A stretch of 64,000 nt of DNA from Octopus vulgaris (lineage: Eukaryota): the NCBI GenBank assembly GCA_951406725.2, contig OX597814.1:118296001-118360000 (forward strand). The letters are read 5' to 3'. A program made the position numbers and the translations under genes. Numbering within the stretch: position 1 is the first letter of the stretch; each line of letters opens with the position of its first letter. Under the pieces are notes generated by a model. That model saw nothing but the letters and a program-made list of their open reading frames with translations. It had not been told where the DNA came from and did not search any database. Positions 1-11,781 of this stretch are shown here, one piece after another.

Positions 1-18
1 CCCTCATTTTTAATTAAT

Positions 19-49
<31 letters not shown>

Positions 50-132
50 ATATATAAATACATGCATACATATATGTATATATATGTGCGTGTGAGTGTA
101 TGAGTGTGTGCGCGTGTGTGTACAAAATGCGT

Positions 133-245
133 TGAGATTCCTCTTGATATTAGCTTTCTGTTGTGGAAACAGAACAAATTAACAAGCTTGTATGATATTT
201 TCTGATCTTCATTATTTACATTATTTATATTTGAAGGATATTTGT
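133..245 (+). pseudogene. Fragment of an LRR/TLR ectodomain (end of LRRNT plus about 2 LRRs)
   Basis: Reads EIPLDISFLLWKQNKLTSLYDI/FSDLHYLHYLYLKD across one frameshift, fitting IPxxxxxLxLxxNxIxxL...FxxLxxLxxLxL. Confidence 0.5.
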
Positions 246-309
246 CCTCATTTTGTTTGTTGTGAACACAAAGCTACGGTTAATATACACTCCAGCCTTC
301 ATCAGGTGT

Positions 310-856
310 CTGGAAAGCACGATGTTGTGTGTATGGTGGGACTGGGAAATGATTATCTATTACGAATTGCTTGAACGGAACAAAACGGTCAACGCGGAAC
401 TCTATGTTCAACAGATGGAACGACTCAACACAGCTATTCAAGATAAAAGACCTAATCGTCAGCATGGACTTCTGCTGCACAACAAAGCCCGCCCTCATGT
501 CGCCAATATGACCAAGGAAGCCATTCAAATGCATGGCTGGGAAGTGCTGCCACACGCCGTACTCTCCTGATTTGGCACCAACGGATTTCCACCTCTTTCG
601 ATCTCTTTCAAATGCCATGCGCGGAGTTTCGTTCAATACTGATGCGGAACTGAGAGCTTGGCTTGATCAATATTTCGAGTCGAAATCGGGTGACTTCTGC
701 CAAGGAGGTTTTGAAAATCTTGTTGAACGTTGGGAAGAATTTGTAAGCAACAAGGGTGAATACATTATTGATTAATTACTCGATATTCTTTATTAAAACA
801 TTTTAAAACATTTAAATTTTTAAAAAAACGGCGAAAACGTAGTTGCCAAGCCAATA
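310..856 (+). mobile_element. 5'-truncated mariner (DD34D) transposon, 3' part of transposase plus right TIR
   Basis: ORFs 253-570 and 533-775 give MLCVWWD, LLHNKARPH, YSPDLAPTDFHLF and ERWEEFVSNKGEYI. The right TIR ...gttgccaagccaa is followed by TA at 855-856. Confidence 0.9.
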
Positions 857-2279
857 TGTTGATACACGCATCCTTAAGGTGAGTTTGACATACATGTATA
901 TGTAAATCTCTAAGTGAGAATGATGGAAGGGGACAGGGAACAAAACGAGTCACATGCTGCTTCGAGTCTTTTGTATAGAAAGATGTTTTAATGTAAAAAG
1001 TTTTGAGTTTAGCATTGGTGTGGCATAGAAAAGTATTATATTTAACTGACTCGGATACGGATTCTCTAATTTTATCCATACAACATTTTATGTAATTTTT
1101 CCAGTCTTAGTAATGAATTTCTCTTCCCATAAGAACGGTGTTATCTATTCCGAAATTGTTTCACTTGTAATTATCGATCTAAATCCAGTGCAATGATGAG
1201 GCGGGCCTCTCGAAGACTTGTAACTCTGTTTTGATCCATATCAATACGCGTATTGAAAATGAAGAGAGAGGGGAAGAGAGTGTGTATGTGTGTGAGAGAG
1301 AAAGAGTGGGCGTTTTATCCGTTGAAGAAAACATAAGATATTCAAAACATCTGTTTTATTCAATAGAAAGAGTATTAAATGAAAATAACAATCAATGTAA
1401 GATATTTAATGTAATTGCAACATTGAAATGAAATTTATTGTTTGTAAGGTATGTAAGCTTTAAATGACTACCACAGCAAATTGTCTTTCAGAGATGTATT
1501 TACATTGAGTATGATACAGAGAAGGCTATTTCAATTAATACCGTTTCTATTGCGCTTAACTGATTTTTTATTCAGTCGAGCGGTTTTTCGCAATATTAAG
1601 GAATGTTTATATTTACTGTTTCCTATATATTTGCAGTAATAAATCTCGTCAAACCATGTCACTGACTGTGAGTATATTGCTAAGGCCAACCGAAGCTTAA
1701 ATGTATCCGGCATTCTCGCTAAACGCTACAGGAATAATTTTCATTTCCCCCTTCTGTATATTGTTTAAAAGCACAACCCGCCCATAAGATACGTCATCCC
1801 AAGACGAATAAGCAGTAAGTAGACCTTCATCGATCTATGTACTTTAAGAATAACATATTGTACAATCTTAGCCTTTTTCGTTAATTTCTTAATAACACAT
1901 AGCATAGTCTATTCCGAAGTGTCTATTATGTTCGCAACGTTTCTGGAAACTTACCCCTGGCAAAATTCCATTCCGTATGTTCAAAAAGTGTTAAATTTGA
2001 GTTTGTAAAAGTTTTTATACATTTCACTTCCTTTCCGTCATAAATTTTATATTTCTGTTCTGGATTCATTTCGTGTTTTTACTTTATTAACTATATTGAA
2101 CTTTAAACGTACGGTAATTTCGTTGTTTTGCCTGAGATAATTATCAGTATATGTATATCAGTTTGTAAAGAACGGAAGGCAAACACCAGCTACTTTTAAT
2201 ATCAATATAGAATTATACGTTGATAATTTGACAGCAGAATATAGGCCATGACAATATTTTCTCGTAAAATGTACTTCAA

Positions 2280-5200
2280 TTATGATTAGAATGTTCAACA
2301 TACTTTTTTTCGGACTTCCGTTCTGCGGTTGCTTTTCGTTAATTTTGAGATGCTGATTTCAAATGTGGTATATATTATTCTCTAACATGTCAGGTTTTCA
2401 TTCTTTAGCATATCACTATTTTATGATGTACTGTAGAATTATTTTACTTGGTCAGGCTAGTTTACTATGTCTTATAGCTTGAAACCATAAATTATAATGT
2501 CAATAGAATATGAAATGATATATGAAGTGAAAGATAGCATCACCTTTTACTTAATACATGCTGTTAACTCTAATATGATGGATAAAACACAATCATATAC
2601 ATACCTTAATATTCACAGAAAATAATGCCGCTTGCGAGAGCATCATGTGTTTCATGTATACAGAATCTCTTTGAATACTCCAGCAGGTATGTTCCATCGA
2701 CCTTGATATATCTCCTCCATAATTTTGATTGCTTGAAAATGTTCATGTCACCGAAATTAGCAGGAAATTCATCGAGATCGTTATTGAGGAAATGAAGCTC
2801 TATGCTCATGTTGCAGCCTAAATAATGAAGGCTTTAAAGTAATGTCTCCACCAAATCCTTGTCGTTTGTAGCCTTTTCACTCTCGCCAAATCCTTTGACA
2901 ACAGCCACAACTGAATACCGTACTCTTTTTCCTACGTCAGTCATCGAGTCCGAAAAATTCGAGCATTTCATTAATTTTCTGATCTGTGGCCCGTCAGAAA
3001 CACTAGCAGTTATTTTACCATACCTTAGGCCGGGTAATGTAGAATTTGAAGCAGTTACCCTCCAGATTAAGAGCTTTGAAAAATTGTTATATTACTCCTA
3101 GTTTAATATGAAGGGGTGGGAAGATGATTCTCTCATACAGTTGCTGTATGATATTCTTCTCCCCGACAGTCAAATATTTCCTAAATGGCCAGTGTTTTTG
3201 TTCCCAATATTTGTTTTTCGCCTTGCTATCCCATAACACAGGAAACACAGGTAGTTTGTATATCCTCCTTGTTGACCAAGTAAAAGTTGACCGTTTTTAC
3301 ATCCACACATACGACCCATTTGTGTTCATCGAACTTGAGTAAATCCAATTTAAAATTTATGTAATCATAATCTCTCTCTATATAAACGGCAGTTTGTCTG
3401 TCTGTGTGTCTGTGTGTCTGTCAGGTTGTACCCTCACCCTGACCACAGCTTTCAACCGATTCTGATGAAACTTGACACACACATAGCCCAATGTCATAAT
3501 TCAAAATCAACGTAGCGAAAAGCTTGAAAAGTACCCCCAGTTCTGGAAAAATTTCATAAATTCGACATGGGGTCGAGAATCTAAGTTTTGTATATGCAAC
3601 ACATTTTCTGTTGCAGTTTTCGCAACTTGCAATCGATTTTCACCAAACTCATGGTTAAGCTTGATGTTACCCTAAGAAACTTAATTCTGACGTTAGTTTT
3701 CCATGCAATACCTTACCATAAGAAAAAATCCATAAAATCATGCCATTTCGCGTTCAAATTCAAGATGACATATTTTCGACAATATCTTTCACAAATTGGC
3801 AGGAATTTTTTTAAAATTCACAGCGAGCATCATGTCTGCTCCAAGAAGCTATATGGCCCTTTTCATTCCAATAGGATACTTTATTACTGGAAAAAATCGG
3901 TTAATTAAATCATATGTAGCACACATAGCAAACCGATTTGTATATTAAACACAAACCACATACTGTCTAGGGAACGCAACTCGACATTTTTAACTTTCGG
4001 AACACGTGGGGTAAGTATCCCAAAATGTATAGAAATGTACAAAAACGGCAAAAAAGCGGGCAGCAATGTCAGTGACAACAATGAAAAAGTCAAAAGTGAA
4101 CAAACGAATGGAAAAGGTTTTTTGGTGCACACGACAAAAGCGATTTATAATAAACCAAGAGTTTGTAAGTAGCGTCCGAGGACCCTTAGGGTACGTCAAA
4201 AATTTTAGGTAAAACGTTTTGAGTGGTAGTTATAAAGAAAGTTTAAACAAAAAAGGTATTCGAATAACTTGCGGCTGCAGCAGCTATTAGCAGAAGTGGC
4301 GGTGTTGGGGGTAAAGTCTCGAACGTAATTTCTTCCTGGTAGGAATTGGTTGGGTTGAATTATCGATAGCTGTTTGATAGTTATTTGGGGAGTGAAGAGA
4401 AGACATTGCAACCTACACATGCGCCTTCGTTCACTAGAGGGAAAGGACTAGATTGGGATTAGTCGTTGCCTACTAGGGGCTCTTACATACCCGGGCAACG
4501 CCGGGCTATGCTGCTAGTTCTATATTAAGTGCAGCAAATGACCAATATGAAGCGCACCAAACGAGTCTCCGTTATGGAGTAATGCACATTTTAAACACTT
4601 CTACTTTGAACTGTCTACAAAGAGTTTCCATTCACGAAGGTCATGCTGCTCAAACCAATTGCAGTTAACAGTTTCGCCACGTTGCAACAGAAAGCAAAAT
4701 ATTTTCCAGTTGTAGAGAATGCCTAAAGATCTTTGCTCTGTTTGAAAAACAAAAGTCACCTTTGTTTCTTTCCGCAACAAATTCTTCGCTTTAAGCTTTA
4801 AATTTCTGGTAAGTGTTTTGACATTCTTTGGTCTCTAGGTTTCTAATTAAATCATTTAGTTCTGTCTGGTTGAAGTTTTCATGTTCTTTGGTTGATGTTT
4901 CTATAAACTGTGTATCATTGTCACGTTCATCATTGACATCTACTTCACAAAAATCAATTTCATCATGCAGTGAGGGTAGATCCTTCAAAAACAGGTGTTG
5001 GTATTTTACCTCAGTGAAGCACTGGAAGAATTACTGAATCAAAATTTAGGTAACTTATTTTCTATTGAATTCTCTTGTTATAAATTTTCGACACACGGTT
5101 CATATACCTCGTAAGGAGCCCATGATTTATACTGAACACCAATTTAATCTTAAAGTAAGACAAGTATTATCGTTTCACAACATCACTAATGTTAATATTT

Positions 5201-5752
5201 TTTGACTTGGTACTGTAATACATTCATATATATATAACAAAAATAGTCAATGGTATTGGAAACATTTCCTTCGCAATGACGCCATTCTACTGAACCCCTG
5301 CATTTCATGAAATGAACGTGAAAAGTGAAAATATAAAACATATATGTCGAGGTTTGCGTAAATAGTTGTCTAAATACATAGATAAAATAAATATTCAACA
5401 GAAATGTTTAACAATGATATATTTTGCACATTTCTTGATAGTAAGAAGAAATAAACAACGCAGATTAAGACGACCTAAGATTCGAGAATACAGTTCTTAG
5501 GAAACACACTTCTACACAGTTACATATACTAGGCCGAGAGAGCGTCATAACCCAACTCTAAAATACCCTACGAAAAAAACATCAATAAGCCTTTGAAACA
5601 TGGGGCTACGGGTGGGGCCAATATAGAAAATATAGAAAATAAGCTAAAAAAGAAAAGACTATACCCATTTTAAAATTTAGTACCCCTGAATTACCCGAAA
5701 ACTGGCCTCAAAATTAGGTCAACAGAAAAAAAGTTAGAAATTGTTAGTCGGA
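2280..5752 (-). mobile_element. Decayed Chapaev3-like (CMC superfamily) DNA transposon
   Basis: Minus-strand motifs: FNQTELNDLIRNL, SLKCALLHNG, WVVCVD..LLGQQGGYT..CFL, IIFPPLHIKLG, DGPQIRKL, SIELHFLNNDLDEFPANFGDM. Both ends carry subterminal-like sequence. Family name is from recall of these motifs, and the termini are approximate. Confidence 0.7.
3371..4517 (+). mobile_element. Non-autonomous Helitron inserted in the Chapaev-like transposase
   Basis: Starts TC(TC)nTATATAAA after an A, followed by a (GTCT)-type repeat. Ends with hairpin cccgggcaacgccggg and CTAG followed by T, with no TSD. Removing it restores the transposase reading frame. Confidence 0.85.
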
Positions 5753-6789
5753 CCAACATCACTCTATATTTTAGGTGTCATAGTTTCCTAAACATCTACG
5801 TACAAATCAAGAAGATTAACTCTAGCTTACTCCTAATTATATGTACACTCATACTGAACTGATAGCGAGCAAAATTCAAACATATTTCTGAAAACTATAT
5901 GGAAGGCTTAGTTAAGAAATGTACCAACGACATGAATGGGGAGAGAAGAATATATTTTCTTTTATTCCCTGCGTGAATTCCTCATGTTACGCACAAAAAG
6001 ATAGATTCCAGGAGAATAAAATTACTAAACGCTTCGAAATATTCTAAAATTATGCTGCCAGAAAAGGCCTTTAATATTATGACATTCCAAATTCTACATT
6101 TGCTCATATGCACATGTACGAGTAATATGCCATGTAGATCTTATCAAATGAACACATACATAAATACAAGTGAGATTAATTGAGAGTGATGCGTTTCGAA
6201 AGAGGGCAAAAAATATATTTTATAAAATATGAAGTACGTGTCGAACGCATAGGTAATTAGCTGTTTGTTTCCTGAGCCATGATATTTCTCTTTTTACTCT
6301 TTTTGAAAATACCAGTTACCAAGATATGTTTGTGTTAACCCTGTTTCCTCTTTGGAGTTGAGGCCCAGGTCTAGCTCATATATGACTTGGTACGCTACTG
6401 ACATACGTGCAGCAGGCATGTGTCTCTGTTTTATCAGCGTTTTGCGTATCGGAAGCAATATATTTCTTGCTTCATATGATGATAGAAATAGTGCTGTTAA
6501 ATTTACGAATGATTTCAGGTTGATTTTGTGACGTGATATATATGACGAATGAATTTGAAAGTATGTAAATGGCTGCCGTTTCAAAGTATAGATTCGCACC
6601 AGAAAGTTGCCACAAAGAGATATTTCCGATTAGTTTTGTAATATCATCATTCCCATTATTATGTCACTTGTTACAAATTGATACAACAATAGCAAAGACT
6701 ACCTGACAGGAGGTGCCTTAATTTTACTGTATATAGTAGGAAGCAGCCACAGCCAATCTTTTCCCCCATCCCATGCCTTGATCCAATCT

Positions 6790-6970
6790 GAACATGACTG
6801 ATGCAATGTGAAAGAACGTCAACAATAGAAGCTTGTTACTCGTTTTCTAGTGAAATGACTAGAGCAGCGTGAAAGAAACGAAATGCACAATGCTGCAATG
6901 CAGCACCTGGTCCAGCATTGAAGCCAATAACCATAAGATCGTAAACACAAAATGCTACCCTATAGGACTA
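6790..6970 (-). mobile_element. Highly decayed SINE (family 3-like)
   Basis: agagcagcgtgaaa...cacaatgc...cctggtccagcattgaa resembles the reverse complement of the copies at 14608 and 38088. Confidence 0.35.
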
Positions 6971-7599
6971 GAATATACTTTGAACATATATTCAATACAT
7001 CCGAAGATAAGACCCGCCTCTCAGATTGAAGGCTGTTCGTGATAAACGTAAATCACGATGTAATTGGAGAGAGATAATACTACTCATTGAAAGAGCAGTA
7101 ATTAAATCTGACAGCTGGTTTCATTTCAAATCGATATATATATAAGTTGGAAAGGAAGGAATTGTACACCAGGAAGAAATGAAATTTCTCCAATATATTC
7201 CTTTATCAATCTTACTGCAACATGAGAAATATTCAATTAATGACAAATATTTTAGTTTCACTTCGAAAGATTTCACTTGGACTTAATATGCTTAAAATTA
7301 ATTATACTGAAATTGCGATATACATTGTAATTAAATCATAAATTTATGTCCTACGCATTTACTGTAAAATAATATGAAATTTCATTGATATTTGACCGGC
7401 ATTAATGGTTGACACTCTTAGCATATTTCTCTGGCTTTCAATATGTTCCTTCATCATGTGTACCCAGTATAAACATTGTGAATATTATTGGATGAAGTTA
7501 TTTTCATATCTATAGATATATTAATATTTATTGGATTCTTCATCACAGGTAAATATATTTTAATTTCCTTTGTCAGTTCCTCGTCCTCCTCTCTTCTCT

Positions 7600-7740
7600 T
7601 TGCTACTATTACAGCTACTACATATACTACTACTAGTAATAGTAGTAGTTGCAGCAGCAGTTGTAATAGTAGCAGCAGCGGCAGTAGTAGTAGTAGTAGT
7701 AGTAGTAGTAGCTCTTGTAATAACATCAGTAATAGCAACA
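7600..7740. repeat. (ACT)n/(AGT)n/(AGC)n trinucleotide low-complexity tract
   Basis: Seen directly; explains the poly-S, poly-L and poly-T ORFs at 7454-7826. Confidence 0.9.
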
Positions 7741-8128
7741 CTCCTATAATACATTGAAATATCATTGTATACAATATATTTTAAAAGGTGTTTTATCCTG
7801 AGAGTTGGTGGCAAAATTTTCTGCAAATCTCTAGAATGTTAAGAATTTTGCAGTGTACAGGATTTCACTTTTCTGCATGTCGAGATCAAGAATGTCTTTG
7901 TTTCTTAGGTAGAAGTTTAGATGTTTTGCTAAATGCACCAAATACCAAAGAAATAATTGTCGTCTTAAGCTTCAATACTTTGTTCATCCCACTTGCTACG
8001 TTCTGATGATTTTTTAATTTTTTGAAATTTCTTTGGTACCCACTCTGTTATCATATATTAATGTGAGCTGGTTCCGTTTTCGTAAGGCATGGAATTTTAA
8101 ATGACAAGTCTGTTTATTAAAATCTGTT

Positions 8129-10534
8129 GGTGCAGGAGTGGCTGTGTGGTAAGCAGCTTGCTTACCAAGCGCCTCAATTCCGCTTCCGTTTTGTGAATTG
8201 CTTCCGTTTTCGTGTTTGCTGTACTGCAATTCAGTCATGTCTGTTCGTTCGTTGGATTACCGTTTGTGAAGTGTCTTCATTGTTGGATTGAACACTTGTT
8301 GGGCTGTTTTACGTTTGTGACGCTTCCCGGTGCGGGAAGGTAAGGGATATTTTGGTAAAAAGTACTCTGAACATTTTACTTTCGTTGTTGGAAAAATTGA
8401 ACTTTATCAAGACGTCATAGGCTGTTTTATTGAGCCCCGACCCTAAGTGTGTGTGTGCGTGGTAAATTGGAACTACTGTCCTCTTTTAGAGAAGATTTAT
8501 TGTAGGTTTCCGCTTGTAAAAAGTGGAAACATATTGTGTTTTTGAACCATTGAACATGTTTTTGCAGTTTAATCGTTACACCCCGCCTCTGACCTGGCCC
8601 CTACCTTTCGCGATTGGATTGCTGATTTGTACAGCGACATCGAGTATGTAGTCAAAGTGAATGGGTTCTTCTCAAAACCATTCAGACTCGAACGCTCAAT
8701 GCGTCAGAAATGCCCCCTGTTTCCACTTTTGTATGTGCTGGTTCTTGAACCATTGCTGCGGAGGTTGGAAGCACTAGTGTGCGTGCCGATTGATCTGTGG
8801 TGCGGATGTGGAGCTAGGGCGTATGCGGATGACATCTCCATCACTGTGGAGGATGAGGGTCAGCTTCCTGTAGTAGAAGAAGCCATCAAATTTTACAAGG
8901 TGGCGGCAGGATCAAAGGTTAACAAGGACAAGTCGGTCGCTTTTCAACTCGACATTTGGGGCAGCAAGCCGATGACGTCCAATAACGTCGGGGGTGTTGG
9001 ATGGAAGGTCCTATTAATTTGTTTGGCCTATAGTTAGGCCCAGACATCCAGACAGAGAAACATTGGAGTGAGTTGACCAGTAAAGTGACTGCTCTAACTC
9101 AGACCTGGTCTGGGCGGGCGTTTTCCTTGCTAGGGACGACGGAGGTGTTGCAGATGTTTGTAGCATCAGTTATCACCTACCGTCTGACCGTGGTGCCTTG
9201 CCCCGATTTGTGGTTGAACAAGCTGAAGAGAATCCTTTTCCACTTTTTGTGGAAGTGGGGAAAGCCTCTTGTGAAGCGATCTGCCTGCTGCCAGAAACTA
9301 CTAATGGGTGGGCTAGCAATGCTTTGCCTGAAGATGCAAAAATTCGCGTTAAGGTTGAGGCACCTCTGGCTTTACCTGGATGAGTATCAAATGTGGTCCC
9401 TGCACGTCCGGTTCTACCTTCCGAGGTTAACGTCCTTAACGGACATTAGTACATAGATCAAGCAGAGACCTAAGCTGGGGTATTGGATATTGGAGTGCCG
9501 TCAGGCAATTCAGCTACGCTATCGGGCGCGCAATGCCGGAAACAGGAGTTCCACCGCGGATTTTTATAGCGGGTTAGTGGGATTTATGTCCGAAGACGCC
9601 TTGGGAGAAACGCTGGGCTACGACGAAAATCAGTTGATGAACCTGTTCAGGAGAACGTTCAAGACGGGGTATCTGGATAATTAACAGAAAGCCCTGGCTT
9701 GGCTGTTACCCGTTCGTGATAAACATCAAGGCACGGAGGTGCCGTCTCGCCGACATATTCGAGGTGCGGACAGGCAAGGAAACCGTTTTGCACGCATTTG
9801 TGGAGTACCCGGAATAAACATGGCTGATAGTTTTCACAGAACTGTGGTCATCGATGGGAAGAGTACAGCTATCAGCTGAGTCCATCATCGAGATTGTGCC
9901 GCCTCCTTCCCTTAGCGGTGAGAGGGAGGCCTTTATTTTTCTATGTTGTTACCATATCAAACGAAACAGTATGGAAGTCACGTGGGAAAGGAATAGTGGC
10001 GGGTACCTTTGTATCTGGGCAGTGGTTGTTTAAACTTTTTAGTTACCACTTCAGTAGGAAGATCAGGCTAGAAAAGAGGTACCTGTCGCAAGAGAGATTC
10101 GAAAAAAGATGGAATCTGGTGGTAAGAAAGCTGGGAGTGATTGGCATGAAGTAAGTGGAGCCTCGGAAAGAAAGCAAGGGTTCTACTCTGGTGGTTGGAT
10201 GCCTTTCCATCAGGTAACACATTGCATATGGCAATGTAATTTCACCAAATTTTTTTTAAAAATTGCATTATATTTTAATCGAGATTTTAAACATACTTCA
10301 TCATTCAAACTGTTAAAGCTACTTTACCATTTTTATGTTTGTCCTTGTTTGTCCCATCGTTGTAATGCCGTATGTAAAATATTTCATTAAATACAGTAGC
10401 CTGCTTACCAACCACACGGTTCCGGGTTCAGTCCCACTGCGTGGTACTTTGGACAAGTGTCTTCTACTATAGCTTCGGGCCGACCAAAGCCTTGTGAGTG
10501 GATTTGGTAGATGGAAACTGAAAGAAGCCCATCG

Positions 10535-10573
<39 letters not shown>

Positions 10574-10750
10574 ATATGTTTCTGTGTCTGTGTTTGCACC
10601 CACCCCCCAACAACACTTGACAACCGGTTCGACAAAAAACCCGATAGATTACGTACTAGGCTTCCAAAGAGTAAGTCCTGGGGTCAATTTGATCAGCTAA
10701 AGGTGGTGCTCCAGCATGGCCGTAGGGAAATGACTGAAACAAGTAAAAGT
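8129..10750 (+). mobile_element. tRNA-derived SINE family 1, split by a LINE (head 8129-8168, remainder 10395-10750)
   Basis: Head ggtgcaggagtggctgtgtggtaag; B-box-like gggttcagtccc; body with internal (TA)n/(TG)n; tail ctccagcatggccg...tgactgaaacaagtaaaag. Matches uninterrupted copies at 54203 and 63345. Confidence 0.9.
8169..10394 (+). mobile_element. L1/Tx1-clade non-LTR retrotransposon, internally deleted and decayed
   Basis: RT motifs RQKCPLFPLLY and AYADD (ORF 8627-9037), FHFLWKWG, and C-terminal LPVRDK..ETVLHAFVE. ATTAAA near the 3' end. Flanked by a 17-bp TSD at 8152-8168 and 10395-10411 (15/17 identical). Confidence 0.85.
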
Positions 10751-11781
10751 GTATCCACTCTGTTATATGCTACAGCAAAGTATATGAACTTACACTCTTT
10801 TTCTCGTTTGTCTTTTGCTTCAATAATATAATTATCATTTAGGAGAAATCACAAATAATTCAGTAATTTTTATTCATGTTCAAAATACTTGTCTTTTATT
10901 TCGACATCCCAAACTTGGCTAACTCATTTACCAACATACTCATGTTTACTCTTGTACACTAATTCCATATCGGTTCTTACAGGATCGAACTCAGATATTT
11001 TGTTTGAAATATATTCCTATTTGCTATGAGGTTAATTTTATTCTACTAGGTCGATATTAATGTGAGCTGGTTCAGTTTTTCCATGGCATGGCTTTTTAAA
11101 TGACAAGTTAGTCTATTATGATATGTTCGGAATTTATATATAGAGGAATACAAACTGCTGTGTATATCTACCCTTCGACATTTCTGCCGTAATCACATCG
11201 TTATGCCCATCTAACTGATGAGTTGAAACGATTTTGCACTCGGTACCTTATTGCTCAATTTACAGGATTGAGAAAATATATTTGATTATCACTGCTCAAC
11301 ACACCGTTTTCCATATCTGCTAACGAATGTAATCTATTCCTATTTACATAATTTCGTCCATAATCTTATCATATTTAAGCAACATTTTTAGTGGAATTAT
11401 GCGTAAATCGTGTAAAATATTGATAATGTATATGTGGCAAATTACATTCGTAATTTCGTACAACAATGGCTAACTTCTGTCAGGAATAGGTGAAACTTCT
11501 GTCAGAAGTTGTTACCGACAGACAGTGTCAGTGATTGATAAAAAAAAAAGACACTGCTATGTCGGTTAGTTTGAAAGATTGATGCGACCAGCAAAATTTG
11601 TTTTTACTTTGTAATTGAAAAATATCGAGGTGTTTCTTGTAAGCGTTTACACTCGGTATCTACTTATGAAAACTATTTTCGCATTTGTCGTAAGATAAAT
11701 CGAACCTGTCTGGTTTAACATTAATATTTCTAATGTTGAAAGTTTGCTTTCAATTTTATATTGTATTGAAAGTCACACTTA

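Larger units (their letters stand above)
860..11314 (-). pseudogene. Decayed Toll-like/LRR receptor pseudogene A (ectodomain only in window), interrupted by several mobile elements
   Basis: Minus-strand remnants: NRLTCHLKSHAMEKLNQLTL (~11110), IISLVFGAFSKTSKL (~7950), QLIYIDLK*NQLSDL (~7150-7105), ISLCGNFL, KINLKSFVNLTALFLSS and YELDLGLNS (at and next to ORF 6294-6599), LD*IKNQLSAI (~1575), LRRCT-like LTNNKFHFN (~1450), IDMDQNRVTSL (~1245), second cap YNTFLCH (~1035). Putative ATG at 11314. Confidence 0.6.

Noticed and set aside
7454-7826. Poly-Leu, poly-Ser and poly-Thr ORFs resembling membrane or mucin proteins
   Set aside because: Trinucleotide repeat open in several frames, with no flanking gene structure.
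8335-8570. Possible intron (AGGTAAG ... TTTTTGCAG) in the LINE 5' segment
   Set aside because: Such motifs are common by chance, and no spliced ORF could be supported.
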